A stretch of DNA of 64,000 bases, from NCBI GenBank assembly GCA_029717555.1, contig JAMDHS010000035.1:124001-188000 (forward strand), read 5' to 3'. This stretch comes from Peribolospora baueri. Taxonomy: Eukaryota. The notes beneath the pieces were generated by a model that saw only the letters and a program-made list of their open reading frames with translations, was not told the DNA's origin and searched no databases. The position numbers were made by a program, and so were the translations under genes. Positions 37,472-52,038 of this stretch are shown piece by piece. The stretch's first letter is position 1; each line of letters opens with the position of its first letter.

Positions 37472-40400
37472 TCAGGTAAGCTGGGAAACCATGTATCCCT
37501 GAAGAACGGTGTGCGCGGCATGTCCAAAGGCGAGAGAGCAGTGAGTCGAACGAGCACCGGACCATTCAGATCATCCGTCCGCCTTTCTGTCCGCCCGCTC
37601 GCCCCACTCACCATCAGAACGTCCTGCTCCTCGACCGACACGCGGAGGATGATCTGGACGAACTCGGAGCACACCGACGGCAACTCCTTCTCCAATCTCT
37701 TCAGGCTGTCTGCGTCCAGCTGCCAGAGCGTGCACTCGACGTCAGCGGCGACGGTGGTGTTGCGCGGGTGCCGTGAGAGGAAGGACAGCTGGAGGAGAGA
37801 ATGGGGAGAGGAACCTGAGTCACCTCTGGTCAGCAGGAAAAACGCTCCGTGCGCGCTCACCTCTCCGGCCAAAGTGCCAGCGAGCATGCACTCTTGAACG
37901 GTGAAATCTTCCTTGTCGTACGAGTACTTGGCCTTGAGGATGCCGGACTCGATCTTTGAATGGAGAGCCGAGCCATAAGTCAGCCTCTGTCATTCGTCCC
38001 CGTCCTCCATGCGAGTTCGCCCGTGACCTCGCCATCGAGGAAAACATGCCGTCCGAGCCCCACTCACGATGTACATGCTATCCGCCTCGTCGCCCTCTCG
38101 CCAGAGCACCTGCCCCTCAGGGACGACAAGCATTTTGAAATAGGGCACGAGCTTCCAGAAGAAATCCTCCCTCTGGCCCGTGTACGCTCTGAACGTCTGA
38201 AGGAGCAGCGGCAAAGGCTGCGCAAAGTTGGGCCGAGCGAGCGCTTGCTCCGGCGATATGGGACCGGGAGATCCAGCTACGTGAAGGGGGAGGGAGAGCG
38301 CGAGCGGTGGGGAGAAGCATAAGATAACGGCGAACACGCGATCCGGGGAGGGACCTCGTCAGGGATAAGACTCACTTCCGACGGTGGAGACGATAGCCGA
38401 CTTTGCCGCTTCGTGGAGCTGGACTCGACGCGGCGAGTTCTCGTAAGACTCGCTCAAACTGAACACGGCCGGTCCCGATGCCGCTGGCACGTCTGTGAAG
38501 AAGGCAAACATCCGACAAGTAAACACTGTCAGCGGACCGGTTCCTTGAGAATCGTCCTTGCGGGACCGCATCGTTCGGTCACGCTCACCCAAACCAGCGC
38601 CGGCGGCGAACGAAGCCTGTCCGAAGGCTTTAGCAGCGTGGAGCTGAGAGGAGTACATGCCCCGCAAGTAGCTGTTCTCCGTCCACTCCAGCGCCTCGTT
38701 AAGGTCTTTGAGCACGCACACGCCAGACCGCAAATTGCCCGGTTCAGCCCAGAGGTCGATCCGCTGGAGCGCGTGTCCAATCTCTCCCTCGGGAGCGGCG
38801 CCACAGAAGACGAGAAGAACGTCTTTGGCGGAGAGAAGCCGCTGGATGCGCATGAAAGCCTCGGCGGCGCTAAAGTCGAGCCCGGTGACGAGGGTAAAGT
38901 CGACGATGAGGAAACGGATCGGGTCGCGCTGCCAGGTGGCAATGTCGAGGAGTTTGCGAATGTGCTGCTCGACCGAGGAGATTGTGCCAAAGAAGAGGAA
39001 ACCTTGCAGCTTGAGGATCTGTGTCTGCGCGCCGGCCGACTTGAGGAAGGCGCGCTGGATGGGGTGACGGCGCACGGTCGACTTTGCCGACGCGCCCGTC
39101 AGCGTGGCTCGGATGGTGCGGCCGCGGGAATTCTGGACGACGAAGAAGACGCAGGCAAAAATGATGCCGACGCCAATGCCGATAACAAAGTCCCAGAGGG
39201 TCATGACGACGACGATGATGACGATCGTCACGTACTCCCACTTGTTCACCCTCCCCCACGTGTCCCACACGGCCTCCTTGGTCAGGTCGATGCCGAGGAC
39301 GAAGATGAGCGCGCCGACGACGACGATGGGCAAGTATGAGATGATGCCCGGTCCGAGGACCATGATGCCAAAGGTGGCGGCGGCGAGCATGAGGCCGGAG
39401 AGCCTGCTGCCTCCGCCAGTCTTGTAGAACAGCACCGAGTTGACGTAGCAGAGGTAGTTCGGCACCGTACCCATCACGCCGGCGAGCAGGTTGGAGACGC
39501 CATGCGCGACGAGCTCGCGGTCGGTGTCCACGTTGTCCTCACCGATCGAGATGCCGAGGGCGGGTACGTTGAGAGGGACGTGAAGGATGCCGAAGAAGGT
39601 CAGCGCGAGTTGCGTCGGCATGGTCGCCCAAAGTGCTTTCCAGCTGACGCTCCTGAAGTCTGAACAACGGCAGAATGACGAGGGAAGCGGCGGCGTCATC
39701 AGGTCAAACGAAACCCAAAAGAGAACCGGCCATGGCTTTGAGCGGATAATCTCACCATAATACGTGTAGAACCTCCACCATGGCGTGTGTCCGCTCTGAC
39801 CGACGTCAAAGACCCAGCCTTCCTTGCGAAGCGTCTCGAACGAGAGGCCAGCGGCGAAGACGACGATGTAGAAGACGATCGGAATGCAAAGGAAGAAGAC
39901 GGGAAATACGAGAGGATGGTGGAAGCGTTGGGTTATGACGCGTAGGAGGACGGCAAGAAGGAAAGGAGGCAGCCAGAGAGAGAGGATGTGCATGTTGCCG
40001 AAGAAGAGACGAAGGTAGTCGAGGGTGAACTCGATACCCCCTTCCAAGCGCGCGGTGACCTCGAGACTATAAAGGGGAGCGGCGCGGCGGCAGCACATAG
40101 CGGAGCACAGCGCGTAAGAGAGCCGAGGTCAGTATGCTCCCCATCGTCATGTCCCTGGCTAGCGCACGCGACTCACCCAGTGATGATCAGGAAAACGCCC
40201 ACGCCGCCGATGCAGCCGACGAGGATGTGCCTGGGGAAGAAGGTGATGAGCACGCCGAGCCTAAACTTGCCGAGGGCGAAAAAGACGAGGCCGGTGAGAA
40301 TGGCGCTGAGGGCAAAGGCGACCATCGTGGTGGCGATGATGGCTCTCCCATTCTCCTCGCCGACAACGCGCGTGATGATCTCGACGATAATGTGAAGGAA

Positions 40401-42264
40401 GGGCACGACCTCGATCATCATGCTCCCGTTTCCGCCCTTGAAGATAGATCCGCCGAGGGTGTAGACGAGCTGGGCGACGATGCACGTCACGAAGAACATG
40501 GACACTCCGTCGCCGCCAAAGTCGGAGAAGATGAGCGTCCCGGTGGGGAACATGATCATCCCGTACGACACGCCGTCGAGGATGTTGAGCAGCAGGCCCA
40601 GCACCACGGCGGGTAGAAGCCGGATCGGCTCCATGACGGCGTGCTCCACCACGTCTCGCATCGTCAATTTGCGGAGCGCGGTAGACACGTGCGAGATCCC
40701 TTGCGAGGGGATAGGCAAGCACTGGCGGAGCCTGCCCGCCGTGGTGGCGGTCGTCAGCCCTTCCTGACCAAAACGAATGTCGTCGGGCGAGCCGGAAAAG
40801 CCGCTGCCGCCGTTGTGGTCCGGGACCGCGGCCGCCCCGTCTCCAGGCGGACGGCGGCCTCCGCCTCCGCCTCCGCCTCCGGCGCCGGGCGGAACGTCGA
40901 CGACCATGTAACCGGCGGTTGTGGGCTCGAAAGTGTTATACCGCGGTTTGCCTTCCTCGTGCGCCGACCGAGCCGACCTTGCGTTCAAGAGCGGCGCGCG
41001 CTCGCCTCGTGCCCTTCCCGCCTCAAGATCAGATTCGTCGGCAGTCAAGGAGATCTGGGAGCTCCCGCCACCCGCCTGCCAGGAGCCGGAAGGAACGGGG
41101 CTCTTGACGGCTCGGGTGGAGCTGAGACTCACCGCGCCAGAGGCGACGCCCGAGGCAATGTCCGAGACGACGCCTGAGGCAAAAGTCGGCTGAAAGGTGG
41201 CCTTGGGAGTGCCCTCCGTGCTGCTCGTCTTGGTGCTCGCTCCTTCCCCGTCCGGAGGGGTGGGAGGCGAGGTGCGTTGGAGTAGGACGCTCAGGCCGCT
41301 CGGGGCCTGGCAGGGCGCGCGGGGTGGAGAGGGGGAAGGTGCCTTGGTCAAGGTGATGGTGTCCCGTACGTCCTCTCCATCGTCCCTGCCACCCTCTTCT
41401 TGCAATTCGCCCTCTTCCAGCTCCCCCTCCTCATCCTCGCCCACGTCATCGAGCTCGCTCCCGCTTCCGGCATCGAAAGAAACCCGACTGCCTCTCGATT
41501 CGGCATCTTCCGAGTCGGACATACTGAGAGCCATACTGGCCAGCGCGGTGGTGTTGCCGCGAATGTCCTGCGTGCTAGCGGTGTAGGAAGACGGAACGGC
41601 GACCGCCTGGGCGCCGGAGCCCTGACCGGCACCGCTTGCGAGAGCGTCAAAAGTCTGAAAGTGACTGCGAGAGGAAGAAGACGAGGTGAGATTGGCATGA
41701 CATGGCATCCCAGGTCGGCGTGCCCGACGGCGGGACTCACTAGTTCCTCCCGCCCAACACTTCTCCCTCTCTCAAGCTGAACGACGACCTCCTGTCCGCC
41801 GCCGGGTTCTTGCCGCCGGTGCCTGCTCCGAGGGAAAAAGCAGAGACGATGCCGCTGCTTCCAGCGTCGTCGGAGCTGGCGGCGCCGGCGCCGGCGCCGC
41901 TTCCCGCTCCGCCGCTGATGAAGGAGAACGCCGAGCTGAGCGCGCTTTGCGGCCTCGGAGGGAAGTTGAAGCGGTCGACTGCAGAGGCGGCGGAGGCCGA
42001 GCCGGCGTGCGTCGGTGTGGCCGCGCTGCCGGAGCGAACGCGGCGCTGTGCGTGGGGGGAGTGTGCGAAGGGATGTTGGTAGTGAGGATGGCCGTGGTGG
42101 GGGCGAGAGGGCGAGGGGGAGGACGAGCGGACGGAGGCGAGGCGTGGCCTGGTAGGGTCGCCGACTGAAGCTGTTCGAGGGGAGACGGGCGGCGGCGACG
42201 AGGGGAGACGATCCGAGCGGTCGTTGGCCGCGGGCGACGCCGGGAGGGTTGAGGTCAAGGCCAT
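37472..42264 (-). CDS. VSB1: SulP/SLC26-STAS-cNMP transporter, Vsb1 (Ygr125w)-like
   Basis: [79 protein letters not shown] region [19 protein letters not shown]. cNMP region [16 protein letters not shown]. Ends GYMVSQLT*. Confidence 0.88.
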
Positions 42265-44050
42265 GGCGAGCGAGAAGGAGAACGTCGGGATGGCGACGGC
42301 AAGGTGAGGTTGGGTCGGACGAGCCCGCCGGTCGTCGGTCGGTCGATTCCGTCCGTGCCGGCGTCGTCGATGCGGTCCGATACGGTAATGTTTCAGAGAT
42401 TTCGGCGAATACGAGGGATAGGGGGTCGGGAATGGTCCAAAGGGGAGCAAAGGGACGTAGAGGAGGAAGGAGGCCGAGCGGTCAGTACTGGCGATAGCGG
42501 CCCGGAGCGGATGAGATGATGGTGTGACGACAACAGCGATGACGGCCCACGACGGACGCTGCGCTGCGCCAAGCGGGTCTGGCGCTCGGCGTGTGAAAGC
42601 GTCCGGCGTCGAGGACGTGCGGGCGTGTGCGAGGGAGGGGAGGTGTCGTACGACGACGACGACAACGAGGGGGATACTCGGACGACACGACGTCGAGGCG
42701 GCCAGCAAGGCGTACCTCGCCCACCGACCAGCGCACGCACGCACCTTTGGACGACGACGACGCCATCGTGGCCGGCCTGCTCGTGCTTGCCTCCGGGCCC
42801 GTCGACGGGCGTACCGCGTGCTGTGGTGTGCTGTGGTGTGGTGTGCGTGGAAGCCGACGGAGCGAAGGGCAAGGCAAGTGAGGGGACGGAGAGCGTCGAC
42901 CCGAATCGACTCGACTCAACGAGACTCGACGAAACGCGACAACAGGTCTGCTGTTTGTTTGCTTGCTCGAAAAGAGGCCAGGGGGCCCGTCCAAGCCTCG
43001 CTCACTAACCCGTCTCTGTTCCTCTTGACGCGACGCCGACGACGCCGGCTGATCAGCTCCCGTTCGTCGTCCACACAGTCAGTCGCACCCGGTCTCACAC
43101 CCATTCCAGCCAGCCAGCCAGGGTCTCGCCTCGGACCATCCTGCACCGAGCCCAACGTGCGGCCGCTGGACCGCTCCTCCTCCTCTCTCGGAGCGGGCAG
43201 AGAGAGCACTGGCAAATCATGTGAAAAAAGCGCGACAAGGGCCTAGACGAAAACATAGGGAGACGGAACGACGTCGGGCCGTCTCCATCCTTCATATCAG
43301 TCTTGGGGACACGCGGACTAAGCCTTGGAGGATGTGATCATACACTGCAACCCCGCCTAGACTCTTTGTATGGATGGACTTTGGGCTCTCAAGCTCGCCT
43401 CCGTTGCCGAATGCCGTCGCCGGCGTAGTTGATACTGCCCGCCCCTTCCGTCCAGCCTGGCCCGCGAGGCTTATGGAATGGGCGGCAGCAGTGTCGGCGG
43501 AGGAGGACGGGGACCAGCCAGCCCTGGATGTGTGGCCCTTGGGCCATAAACAGGTAAAGAAGAGGTGGTGTGGTAACTGACTAGCCACCCCACCCACCGA
43601 TACCGTGTTATCATTTGTATTCCGAAAACGTTGCCACGGTCAGGAACATATCTCCATGATACTGGGCTCAGCATGCCAGGGGAGTCGGATCAGAATCGCA
43701 CGGCGAGAGGGAGGGAGGGGAATGAAGGCAATGAAGTCCGCCGACTCGCCGGCCAGCTCACACATCTCCCAGACGCAGGCGATGGCTGCCATCAGTGGTG
43801 GAAGAGGGAGCGGCGCTGCGTGCGCTCGCTGCGATCATAGAAGCCCGCGAGAGGAGAGCTGAGACTCGCTCGACCGACCCACAACGGCCGCCTGAACATG
43901 TCGCTTTAAGTTGGGAGTTCCTTGGCAGGATCCAATGTCCAACGCAGAATGGTCCTCCAGCCCTCGTGCTGCTGTCGATGCGAGGATGTGGCCGGCAAGC
44001 GGCGACGGCGTTGGTGGCCGACATTGGCGTCGAAGCCGGAGGAACGAATC

Positions 44051-44090
44051 GCCTGGCCTTGCCTGGCCTTGCCTGGCCTTGTCTGGCCTC
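44051..44090. repeat. 10-bp tandem repeat (GCCTGGCCTT) x4
   Basis: gcctggcctt gcctggcctt gcctggcctt gtctggcctc upstream of KES1. Confidence 0.8.
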
Positions 44091-44343
44091 GCTCGGCCTG
44101 GCGCTACGTCATACCGTTCGAGATCTGGCCTGCTTAGGTGGCTTTCACATTTTCGATCCCAACGCCTCCGTCCCGGCCTCTTCCCATCGGGCGGTCACGT
44201 GCCCTTCCAGCAGCGACGATGTGAAACGCACTCGCTCTCCTTTCCGCTCACCACCATCGACTGGCTCGCCGTCACCCCGTCGACTCGTTCCACCTTCGAT
44301 CCTTCCCTCTCCCGCCGCGTTTTTCCTTCTCTTCTGTCACTCC

Positions 44344-46174
44344 ATGTCCGAGGACGGTGACATCGGCGCGGGCGTCCCCGCTCACCAGCGTCAGGGATGG
44401 GTGAGTCCTGCGGGGAGGTTCGACGATGGCCCCTCCAGGGCGCAGCGCTGGTCGGAGTCGTCGGCGTGAACAGGGCCTGACTGACGACTGGCTTCGGGTT
44501 GCCTTGACGCGATGCACCGTGCGCTGCACCACCGACAGGGTCAGTTCCTCAAGAACATCGCCTCCTTCTCCGGCGACCTCTCCTCCATGACCGCGCCCCC
44601 CTTCATCCTCTCCCCCGTGTCTTTGACCGAATACCCGTCCTACTGGGGCGAGCATCCCGACCTCTTCGCTGCCGTCAAGGACGGAAGGGACGAGGTGGAG
44701 CGTATGACCAACGTGCTCAGGTGGTTTATTGCCACGCTCAAGGGGCAGTACACCAGTCGCAACACGAGCATGGGCACCGAGAAAAAGGTGAGTGTGGGAC
44801 GAGCCATCTCGTTCATCTCCATGCCGACCACTTTGCTTACCTGCCCTCCTTCGACAGCCCCTCAACCCCATCCTCGGAGAGATCTTTCTCGGCTCTTGGC
44901 CGGAAAAGGACGGCCGCGGCGAGACGGTGCTCATCAGCGAACAGGGTGGGCAAGCGCGTCCGCCCTCCCTCGGCACTTCCTTCATCTTGTCTGACTTTGT
45001 TCTTCCGTCTTCCGTCCGTCGTTGTGACTGCAGTGTCTCACCACCCGCCTATCACGGCGTACAACCTCGCTAATGCCACGGCGGGCGTCTCCCTTGAGGG
45101 ACACAGCGGACAAAAGACGTCGTGGTCCAAAGGGTCGATCATCGTCAAGCAGGTCGGCCACGCCGTCCTTCGCGTCGACCTCTCCAAGGTCCCTGGAGGC
45201 GGATCGGGCGAGGAGCTCTATCTTATCACCCTTCCGAAGCTCCGGATCGACGGTATTCTCTACGGAAGCCCTTACATTGAGCTCACCGAGACAAGTCACA
45301 TTCAGAGCAGCACCGGTTATACCGCCAAGGTGAGCAGGCTAGCTTTATTCCCTCCCAAGTCGTGTTCTTCTCCCCTTGTCTTCGTTGCTTACGCTTCTTT
45401 TTCCTGCCCTTTTCGTGCATCGTCTGCAAGATCGACTACTCCGGCAAGGGCTACTTCTCCGGCAAAGCGCACACGTTCAAGGCGACGCTCTACAACTCTT
45501 CCTCCACTTCCTCCCACCCCCTCGCCGTCTTCGACGGTGTCTGGCATGAGACGTCCAAGGTCTCTTCCTCCTCCTCTTCCGCCATCGGCAAGGCCGGGGA
45601 CGTGTTCTGGGACGCCACGACGCCGAGGGAGGAGCTCGTGGTAAAGCCCATCGAGGAGCAGGGGATGTGGGAGAGTAGACGCGTGTGGGAGAAGGTTGCG
45701 AACGGCATTAGATCGGGCGACTATGAGACTGCCAGCAGGGAGAAGTCCAAAATCGAAGTGAGTGGACAGCGGCGCGTCTGGACCCAGCGATGGTCGTCTT
45801 AAAGCCCGCGCTGGTGGCGGTCCCCATTTTGACCCTTCTCCGTCTGTCTTCCCGTCTTCGATACCTACCCTCCTTCCGCTCCTTCCTGCCCAGAACGAAC
45901 AAAGACAGCGGCGCAAGGACGAGCAGGCGGCCAACACGCCGCATCAGCTCGAGTACTTTGTTCACGTCGACGACGACCAGGAATGTGAGTCGCGTCATCC
46001 ATTGTTCGAGCGGGAAGTAGTGGCCTGGGAGGTCGCGAGCTGGCGACCGTGTTAGTTCGAACGCTCACATGGCCTACCTCTTCTTTCGCGCCCCGCACAG
46101 ACGCCGAGTTGACGGCCAAGTTCAACGGCGATCCGCCGAGAGAGGACGCTTACAGGCGGAAGCCGGCTGTCTGA
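44344..46174 (+). CDS. KES1: Oxysterol-binding protein Osh4/Kes1
   Basis: [43 protein letters not shown], the OSBP signature [45 protein letters not shown]. Confidence 0.93.
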
Positions 46175-47035
46175 CAGACGACGGACCGACCATGCGGATC
46201 ACGGACTGATTCGGCCTAGGTAGACAGACCCACGCACCCACACACTCTTCCTTTCTTCTTTTGTTCCACGCTCGTACTCGTCTTGTACAAGTACGCCGTC
46301 AGGCCGCGCCCTGCCTCTCCCCTTCCTTTCATTTCCTTTGTCCCGAACCGCTAGGCCAGAGAACGCGACGGGGTCCGGGGCGGATGCCGGAGAAACGAAC
46401 AAGGAGCCTTCAAGTACGGACGTCGTCGTTTCGCCGTGCTGCCGCGGAGGTCCTTGCTTCGCGTCGCTGCTCCCAGCCCCGTTCCCGCCCCCGTTCTGCG
46501 TCGTCCTTATGTTCGTCGTCCTGTCCCGAACCGTGGTGTCACGTGTACAAGATCTCGGAACTCTTCCCTCGTCGCGACACGGAGCACTACTCTCATGCTG
46601 CGTGCTCAACCAAACTTGGGTCGATTTGGTGGAGACTTTCCTGCGAGCCTGCATCGTCGCTTGCGGACTGGAAGGCGACCGGTCTGTCTCGCCTGTGCAC
46701 GAGGTACTCACGGCATCCTTCTCCCCCATCACCTCTTTCCTTGGAGTTCGTCTTGCTGTCGTCTCATCTCGGACCGAGCTTCCGAGCCGTGTGAGTTGCC
46801 GCATGTTGCCGTTGCCGAGCGTCCGGTCCGGCCCTCCTCCACCTCCCGACCCCGCGCACGACTCGTCTTTTTCTTCTTACCCCACACCATCCACACCGCA
46901 CACGACGGACGTCTCTAGACGCTCGCTCGTCTAACGACCACATACGCCCCCATCGTACGGTAGGACAGACAGACCTCTGTCAGCCCAGCCCGTCTGCCGT
47001 CTATCCATCGCTTCCGACATCAGCACTCGCCGTCC

Positions 47036-48960
47036 ATGAGTTCGGAACGCAAGCGTGCGTATCACATGGACAGGACGTGACGGCCTCCGACCTCGGAGGA
47101 CGGGGACGAGGCGAGGCGAGAGAGGTTCTCATTATTTCCTGGGTCGCTTCGCTCATCCGTGGTATTCTGCTTCTCTGTTTTCCTCCCCTCTCATCCGCCC
47201 ACCACGCGGCTGCCTCCGTCCTTGTGCCAATGCCCCCTTCGCAGCCCTGCCCTTCTGGGCCAACTTCAGCGCGGGCGCGATCGCTGGCGTGACCGAACTG
47301 TTGTGTCTTTATCCTTTGGGTGAGTGGTAGCGCGATGCTCATTTGCTTCTGGCCGCTGGGAAGGTGTGAAGCGGACGGAAGGAGGCAGGGTGCCGGCGTG
47401 GATGGAGCGGAGTTAAGTCGGCTCAGGTCGTACCTAGAGCGATAGGAACTAGACGTCTTCGCCCGCTAGACACGCCCGCCCTTGCTCTCATCCGCCACTC
47501 CGCACGCATGCTCAACGTTGCTCTTCTTTTCCCCTTTCCCGACCCATTTACCGACCGCGATCGATCTACCCTTCAGATGTCGTCAAGACCCGCATGCAGC
47601 TCCAATCCTCCACGGTCATTCCTGGCGTCGAGCGATACAATGGCATGATCGATTGCTTCAAAAAGATCGTCGCCGCTGAGGGGTGAGTTTTCAGATTCGC
47701 CTGGGGTGACGTGTGCGAGCCGGTGCCAGCAGGCGATACGACTGGAGAAGGGGGAGGATTGCTCCGTTTGGCCGGACGTTCGTGAAAGGCTAGCACAAAC
47801 TGTTGACTTTGCCGAGGCGAATAATTGGACTATATGACCCGGGGGGAGAGGGAGACGAACGACGAACTTGGCGTCTACGTGCTTGTTTGCGATTTCGGTC
47901 CGATTTCGCTCATCCGTCCTTCTCCTACCCACTCCCTATCGGTGCCTCTCATCAGCGCCGGTCGATTGTACCGAGGACTCGTCCCGCCTCTGCTTCTCGA
48001 AGCTCCCAAGAGGGCTGTCAAGTTCTCGTGAGTTGCCGCTCTTCAATCCCGCCGAGCTTTGTGACCGATTTTTCATCCCCGTCTCGTGCAGTGCGAACGA
48101 CTTCTGGGGAAAGACATACCGCAAAACGTTTGAAGTCAACCAGATGTCCCAAGGTCTTTCCATCCTGACCGGTTGCTCAGCCGGAGCGACAGAGTCGGTC
48201 GTCGTCGTTCCCTTCGAGCTCGTCAAGATCCGATTGCAGGACAAGGCGCAGGCCCACCTCTACAAGGGCCCTGGGGACGTGGTCAGGAAGATCATCCAGA
48301 CCGACGGCCTACTCGGCATGTACGCCGGGATGGAGAGCACGTTCTGGAGGTGAGTCGGCGGCCGCATGAGCTGATTAGCGCTTGGTGCGTCGTAGGCGGA
48401 TGAGAGCTTATGTCATTCTTCGTCCCGGCGCTTCCCGTGGTCACCGTCAGGCATGTGTGGTGGAACGGAGGCTACTTCGGCGTCATCTTCCAAGTCCGGT
48501 CCCTCCTTCCCAAGGCAGAGAGCAAGGGCCAAACGCTGTTCAACAATTTCATTGCTGGCGCGATCGGTGGCGCTGCCGGCACTATGCTCAACACGCCTTT
48601 CGACGTCGTCAAGTCAAGGATCCAGAACGTAAGCTGCTGGACCGATGCGCGCTCCTTTCTCTTCTATGGAAACTCTGGGCATGGGCCCGTCCGCTGATCA
48701 TTATACCATTACCGGCCCCGGGCCCGCTCGATCCGTCCCGTGTCCTCTCACAGACGCCCAGAGTGCCAGGCCAAGTGCCCAAGTACAACTGGACGTACCC
48801 CTCCCTGGCGCTCATCGCCCGCGAAGAGGGCTTCGGCGCGCTCTACAAGGGCTTCGCGCCCAAGGTTCTCCGGCTCGCCCCGGGAGGAGGCGTCCTCCTC
48901 CTCGTCGTCGAGGCCGTCCTCTCTTCGCTTCGCAAGGTCCTTGGCCCTCCTTACAACTGA
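47036..48960 (+). CDS. ODC1: Mitochondrial 2-oxodicarboxylate carrier (SLC25A21/Odc)
   Basis: MSSERK|PLPFWANFSAGAIAGVTELLCLYPL|DVVKTRMQLQ, LLEAPKRAVKF, VPFELVKIRLQD, WNGGYFG, NTPFDVVKSRIQ, PKVLRLAPGGGVLLLV. Three Px[DE]xx[KR] repeats. Confidence 0.92.
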
Positions 48961-49599
48961 GTGTCGATCGATGGGACGGGCCCGTCGCAAAGGTCGTCTC
49001 TCTTCTCGCCCGTCTCAGTGGCCGCGGAAGGATGGACAGGGACATTCTCCATTCGCCCTTTCATACTTGCTCGCGATGCAAGCGCAGATAGACTTCTTTT
49101 TTTCATTCGTCTCCTCGTCTCACCGTTCATCCTTCAACCCTTCTCGTTCCCTTCGACATCGACGCCGGGGATCGTCACACGAACACGTACGCTAAGCCGA
49201 CGCTTCCACACGCCCGTTTGGTCGCCCATCCCTCTCTTCTCTGCACGGATAGACCTCCCCCTTTCCCCTCCTCTCACGCCCCTCACGACCGCTTTCCATG
49301 TTGGATTTTGGCGCCGTGGTCGTTTACTTTTCTTTTCGGAGAACTGCGGAGGGAAATGAGAATAGATCGATCCGGCCGGCATCCGGAAAAAAATACAGTG
49401 GCCGTGCTGCGATGTGCCTGTCCAGGCGAGGACGTCTTTGGGCGACGTGGTGGGTACGTTAAGCCGGATGTGTGGAAGGAGTCTCGATGTTCGCACACCA
49501 CCACTTCACGGCGCATCATCGGTACCTTGCCGCAGCACTCTCTCCAGGCGACATGCCCTGTATTCTCTCGTCTTCGTTACTGGCCGTTCGAATTCGACC

Positions 49600-52007
49600 A
49601 TGTCGGCGGCAATGCAAAGCTCGCTCCTCCCTCGGGCCGTGCTCGGCCTGTCGTCCGTGGTCGTGGCGTACCTAGTAAACACGCTGGTTCCAGAACCATA
49701 CCTCGTGCGTCGCACCTTGCTCTCTCCAGCACGCCAACGCGATGAAGACCCCGGCGCTGGCGAGGGAACCACTGCTAACCGTCTCTCGCCTCCCCGCCGC
49801 GCTCTTCTCCCACTCCTGACGGGACTGTTCCGTCGTCCAGGACGAGATCTTCCATATTCCTCAAGCTCAGCGATATTGTACCGGGGACTTTACGACCTGG
49901 GACCCAAAGATTACGACCCCTCCAGGACTGTACGTGTCCACTCATCCTTCTGCTCCCGCATCGGTCTTCACCCCGTCCTGGGACATCTCACGGCATGGCC
50001 CACTCCCCAGTGCCTCACCTCTCCTCACTCCTCCTCCACTTGTCGTCTCTCCGTGCAGCTATCTCTTGTCCACTTTTTTCCAGCGACTCGTCCACCTGAT
50101 ATGGAACGTTCCCTGCGACCCCGCCTTCCTCCGCTCGACCAACCTCATCCTCCTCCTCGTCCTTCCGGACGTGTTCGCCAGCATCCTGTCCGCTATTTCT
50201 GTGCCCCTCATCTTCTCTTTGGACGATAGTAGCACATCCCACCTTGTCCCACCGAAGGTGCGGGGCACACTCGTCCGCCGTGTGGGCGCTGACGGACAAG
50301 GCGGCACAGAAGCAGAGAAGGAGTCGGCTCGGAAGGCCCGCTCGTTGGAAGGTGTCATCATCACCAGTCTACCCGTGTTATGGTTCTTTGGTTATCTCTA
50401 CTACACCGACGTCGCCTCGCTCGCTGCAGTATTGGTTTGCCAGGCCTTGGCGCTCAGAGAAAACTATAAACTAGCTGCGTTGGTGGGTTCCCGCTTTCTC
50501 TCACGTTTCTGTGACCACACCTCAATCCGGGACGGCATGCGGATGTCCTCCGGTCTGACGGTATTTCATTCTGATTTTATTTATTGTGTTTTGCTTGCCA
50601 GTTCGCTCTGCTGTCCCTGACGTGTCGGCAGACGAACGTGATATGGGTGGCCTTCGTCGCAGCGACCGCGGCGTTAAAAGTCCTGCATCGTGAATCAAGC
50701 ACGGCTGCTCGAGTGACCTTTTTTGACATTCCGGCGGAAGACGCCTCGTGGGGTGGGTGCTTCTGAAGGCGCATGTTAAGTCGCACCTCTAGCTCACATA
50801 TAACCCCCCATCTTCGTCACGGCAGCCGACATCCCGCGAGTCTTCGTCAGATTTTTGACGACTTTGATTCACCATTGGCGGCCTGTCTTGCCCGTCGTTC
50901 TTCCCTTTGTCCCCGTTTTCGTGGCATTCGGTGCATTTGTGGTCTGGAACGGTGGGGTAGTCCTTGGTGAGTTGTCTCATGAGCGGACGCAAGGTACATC
51001 CAGCCTTATCCAACTTCTCGTCGCCCCCACTCTCCTTTTCCGGCTCAGGCGACAAGGCGAACCACGTCCCCGTGCTCCACGTGCCTCAATTGTTCTACTT
51101 CATCGCCTTCACCACATTTTTCGCCTGGCCTCATCTGCTAGAAGACCGGCGGGCGCTGTGGAGGGCCACTGTTGGGTGTGTGCGGAGCTGGCGGTGAGTT
51201 GAGCGAATCGATGTGCGCTCTCTCTCGGTCCCTTCATTCTCCGCTCACGTCCTGACGGCCTCTTCGTCAACCTTCAGTAATGCGCTGATCCATGCTGTCC
51301 TCTGCGCGGCCATCGTCTTCGCAATACACCGTTATACGTGAGCGGTCGTGACTCCTTCTCATCCTCAAGGTCGTCGTCACTCACGCCGATCCAACCGATT
51401 CTTAACCAAAGCTACGAACATCCATTTCTCCTCGCGGACAATCGCCACTACGCCTTCTACGTCTGGCGCAAGCTCATCAAGCGGCATTGGGCTGTTAAAT
51501 ATCTCCTCGCACCGGTCTATTTGGTTTGTGGGCGATCGTGGTGGATCAAGCTCGGTGAGGCTCTGGACGAGGGTGTCAAGGAGAACATGATCCGAGAAAG
51601 GCACTGAACTGAGTGCCCCTGCATCGCTCACGTTCGCAGGCCGCTCGCAATCGCTCCTTTGGATGCTCGGCTTTCTCGTCGCCCTCTTCCTCACCCTCGC
51701 CCCTTCGCCCCTGCTCGAGCCGCGGTACTTTCTCATTCCCTACATCCTCCTCCGACTGCACATCGCGTCCCCATCGCGGAACGCGGCGGCTGTCCAAGGT
51801 CCTCCGCCGGGCCAGGGCGCAAACGGAAGGCGATCGGCGGATGGCGAAAGCGGAGCGAGGCCGGCGCCTAGCGGCACGTCTCCTCTGCGGGTGCTCGCCG
51901 CGGAAGGGTGCTTCAACGTGCTCATCAACGTGGCGACCATGTATCTCTTCCTCTTCCGACCTTTTAAATGGCCCAGCGAAGACGGCTGGCAGCGTTTCAT
52001 GTACTAG
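49600..52007 (+). CDS. ALG10: Dol-P-Glc alpha-1,2-glucosyltransferase Alg10/Die2
   Basis: [97 protein letters not shown]. Confidence 0.93.
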
Positions 52008-52038
52008 GCAGTAGAAGGAACGAATGGATTGAATGAAC

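Noticed and set aside
42265..44343. Several 150-330 aa ORFs in the VSB1-KES1 divergent region
   Set aside because: Low-complexity GC-rich frames with short simple repeats; no domain or splice support.
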